From assembly GCA_040402395.1 (NCBI GenBank), contig JBBAMQ010000002.1:37376-101375 (forward strand): DNA of 64,000 bases, in the 5' to 3' direction. The position numbers and the translations under genes were made by a program. This document shows, piece by piece, positions 62,779 to 64,000 of the stretch. Each line of letters starts with the position of its first letter. Position 1 is the first letter of the stretch. The notes beneath the pieces were generated by a model. That model was not told where the DNA came from, did not search any database, and saw only the letters and a program-made list of their open reading frames with translations. This stretch comes from Candidatus Nanopelagicaceae bacterium. Its GTDB lineage: Bacteria > Actinomycetota > Actinomycetes > Nanopelagicales > Nanopelagicaceae.

Positions 62779-63773
62779 GCCGAAAATTCACCCCCGGCGA
62801 TTGCGAGTAACCGAGCGGCTTTCAACACTGTTTCATCCCACTCCTCGAGCGCATCGCTACCCCAGGTTATTCCAGCACCGGTGCCAAAAGAGAGATACTC
62901 ACCGCTCTGCCAAAAAGTTCTGATTCCGACAGCAAGTTTTGCTTCACCGCCATGTACCCAACCAGATACCCCGCAGTATGAGCCGCGAGTGCCCTCGTTC
63001 TCTTTAATTATTTTTACCGCAGTCGATTTCGGAGCACCAGAGATCGAACCTGCTGGCAAGAGAGCTCTACTAATATCGCTCCACGAAATATCACTTCGTA
63101 ACCTTCCAACAACGTCAGATACGAGATGGAAGAGACCAGGATGCTCCTCAACGCCAAGCAATCTCGGAACCTGCACCGATCCAATCTCGCAAACTTCACC
63201 CATGTCATTGCGTACCAGATCAACAATCATGATGTTCTCCGCTTGGTCTTTTTCAGGGAAGAACGAACTCTTCGACGTTCCTTTGATCGGAGATGAGCGC
63301 ACCTCTCGGACGCCTTCCATCTCCGTTACTTCAATAAATAACTCTGGCGAAGCGCTGGCAATTTCAAGTCCTGGAATTTTGAAGTAGTGAGCATATGGCG
63401 CAGGATTTTCAACAAGGATTTTTGCAAAGAGCGCTTCGAGATCGTGATCATTTCTGCGAGAAAATATCCGACAAGCATTTGCTTGATAGACATCCCCTGC
63501 TTCAATCGCCTGACGGATCGCCGTTACATAACCGACGTACTCTTCTTGTGTCATTGAACTTGACCATTGGTGTGAAGTTGATCGCCATATGTCGGAAGTG
63601 CTGAAAGGTTCATCATAAACATCAGCAAACTTTGCGCACCGCCACGCACCTTCATAGGTGACCGAGACCGCCCAAAAACCGCCATCATCCAAAGAGCTGG
63701 GGTCATCTGAAAGGTCGATCAGAGTCGACGCTGATTTTCCTTGCATCCAGAATCGAGGTTCAGCGACCGTCAT
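62775..63773 (-). CDS. pabB: chorismate-utilising enzyme, short aminodeoxychorismate synthase component I-like
   Basis: GDVYQANACRIF, ASASPELFIE, SSPIKGT (the PabB-type PIKGT with Lys), DLVRND, GSISGAPK, and GAGITW. Confidence 0.7.
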   Translation of the reverse strand: MTVAEPRFWMQGKSASTLIDLSDDPSSLDDGGFWAVSVTYEGAWRCAKFADVYDEPFSTSDIWRSTSHQWSSSMTQEEYVGYVTAIRQAIEAGDVYQANACRIFSRRNDHDLEALFAKILVENPAPYAHYFKIPGLEIASASPELFIEVTEMEGVREVRSSPIKGTSKSSFFPEKDQAENIMIVDLVRNDMGEVCEIGSVQVPRLLGVEEHPGLFHLVSDVVGRLRSDISWSDISRALLPAGSISGAPKSTAVKIIKENEGTRGSYCGVSGWVHGGEAKLAVGIRTFWQSGEYLSFGTGAGITWGSDALEEWDETVLKAARLLAIAGGEFSA

Positions 63774-63860
63774 AGGACAACGCTATCTTAGGCACGGTTG
63801 GCGCAGCTCAGGGTCTTTACGGTAGATTCCGCTCTCTGATTGAAGGAAACTTCACGCAGT

Positions 63861-63933
63861 GCGGACGTAGCGCAGTTGGTAGCGCGGAACCTTGCCAAGG
63901 TTCAGGTCGCCGGTTCGAACCCGGTCGTCCGCT
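63861..63933 (+). tRNA. tRNA-Gly (anticodon GCC)
   Basis: Perfect cloverleaf: GCGGACG/CGTCCGC acceptor, GCGC-AGTTGGTA-GCGC D arm, GAACC-TTGCCAA-GGTTC anticodon arm, and GCCGG-TTCGAAC-CCGGT T arm. Confidence 0.95.
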
Positions 63934-63944
63934 CGCAGGACAAT

Positions 63945-64000
63945 GGTCGGATGGCCGAGAGGCGAGGCTCAGGACTGCAAATCCTGCCACACGGGTTCAA
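63945..64000 (+). tRNA. tRNA-Cys (anticodon GCA), with the 3' part cut by the window edge
   Basis: GGTCGGA acceptor, GCC-GAGAGGCGA-GGC D arm, CAGGA-CTGCAAA-TCCTG anticodon arm, and the start of the T arm (GGGTTCAA). The Gly-Cys tRNA order matches other actinobacteria. Confidence 0.8.

Noticed and set aside
62653-63387. Long antisense ORFs opposite well-supported genes: 62653-63387 (244 aa, opposite pabB), 37070-37720 (216 aa, opposite alaS), 40287-40889 (200 aa, opposite aspS), 24709-25308 (199 aa, opposite carB), 33388-33957 (189 aa, opposite aroC) and 20436-20954 (172 aa, opposite pyrD).
   Set aside because: Their translations are low-complexity and rich in Arg, Ser, Pro and Ala, with no recognisable motifs. 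Each lies entirely inside a gene with strong family signatures on the other strand. Stop-poor antisense frames are an expected by-product of codon bias in the real gene.
63798-63828. A putative tRNA-Gly promoter: TTGGCG, 19 nt, then TAGATT.
   Set aside because: The spacer is longer than the usual 16-18 nt and the -35 match is weak, so I cannot support it from sequence alone.

Overview
This window is a densely packed, almost entirely housekeeping segment of an actinobacterial chromosome. By my hand tally about 97-98% is coding or tRNA, and GC looks moderate, though I did not compute it.

**Gene content and order.** The order matches the conserved Streptomyces/Mycobacterium core backbone:
- his, rpe, rsmB, fmt, def, priA, metK, coaBC, rpoZ, gmk, and the pyr operon
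- bldD as a divergent gene
- nusB, efp, the aro genes, mltG, ruvX, alaS, aspS, hisS
- rel, secFD, ruvBAC, yebC, pdxTS
- the PIM-lipid genes pimA, patA and pgsA, then HIT, thrS and pabBC

Nearly all genes are on the minus strand. Many are linked by ATGA, GTGA or TAATG stop/start overlaps. There are three tRNA genes: Leu-GAG, Gly-GCC and a truncated Cys-GCA.

**What is absent.** I found no rRNA, CRISPR array, transposase, integrase, prophage or recognisable defence genes. I do not see a convincing novel multi-gene system here.

**Observations most worth a second look:**
1. An in-frame fusion of the nucleoid protein mIHF/sIHF to guanylate kinase.
2. A BldD orthologue that keeps the bipartite RxD-X8-RxxD c-di-GMP signature.
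3. An intact 193-codon ORF that looks like an EF-G G-domain remnant with all nucleotide-binding motifs lost.
4. The only long intergenic region (179 nt), upstream of the MBL-hisS-aspS string, which has hairpins that sequester the ribosome-binding site.
5. A PyrR-type hairpin that occludes the pyrR ribosome-binding site.

All functional calls rest on motif recognition by eye. No database search was run.
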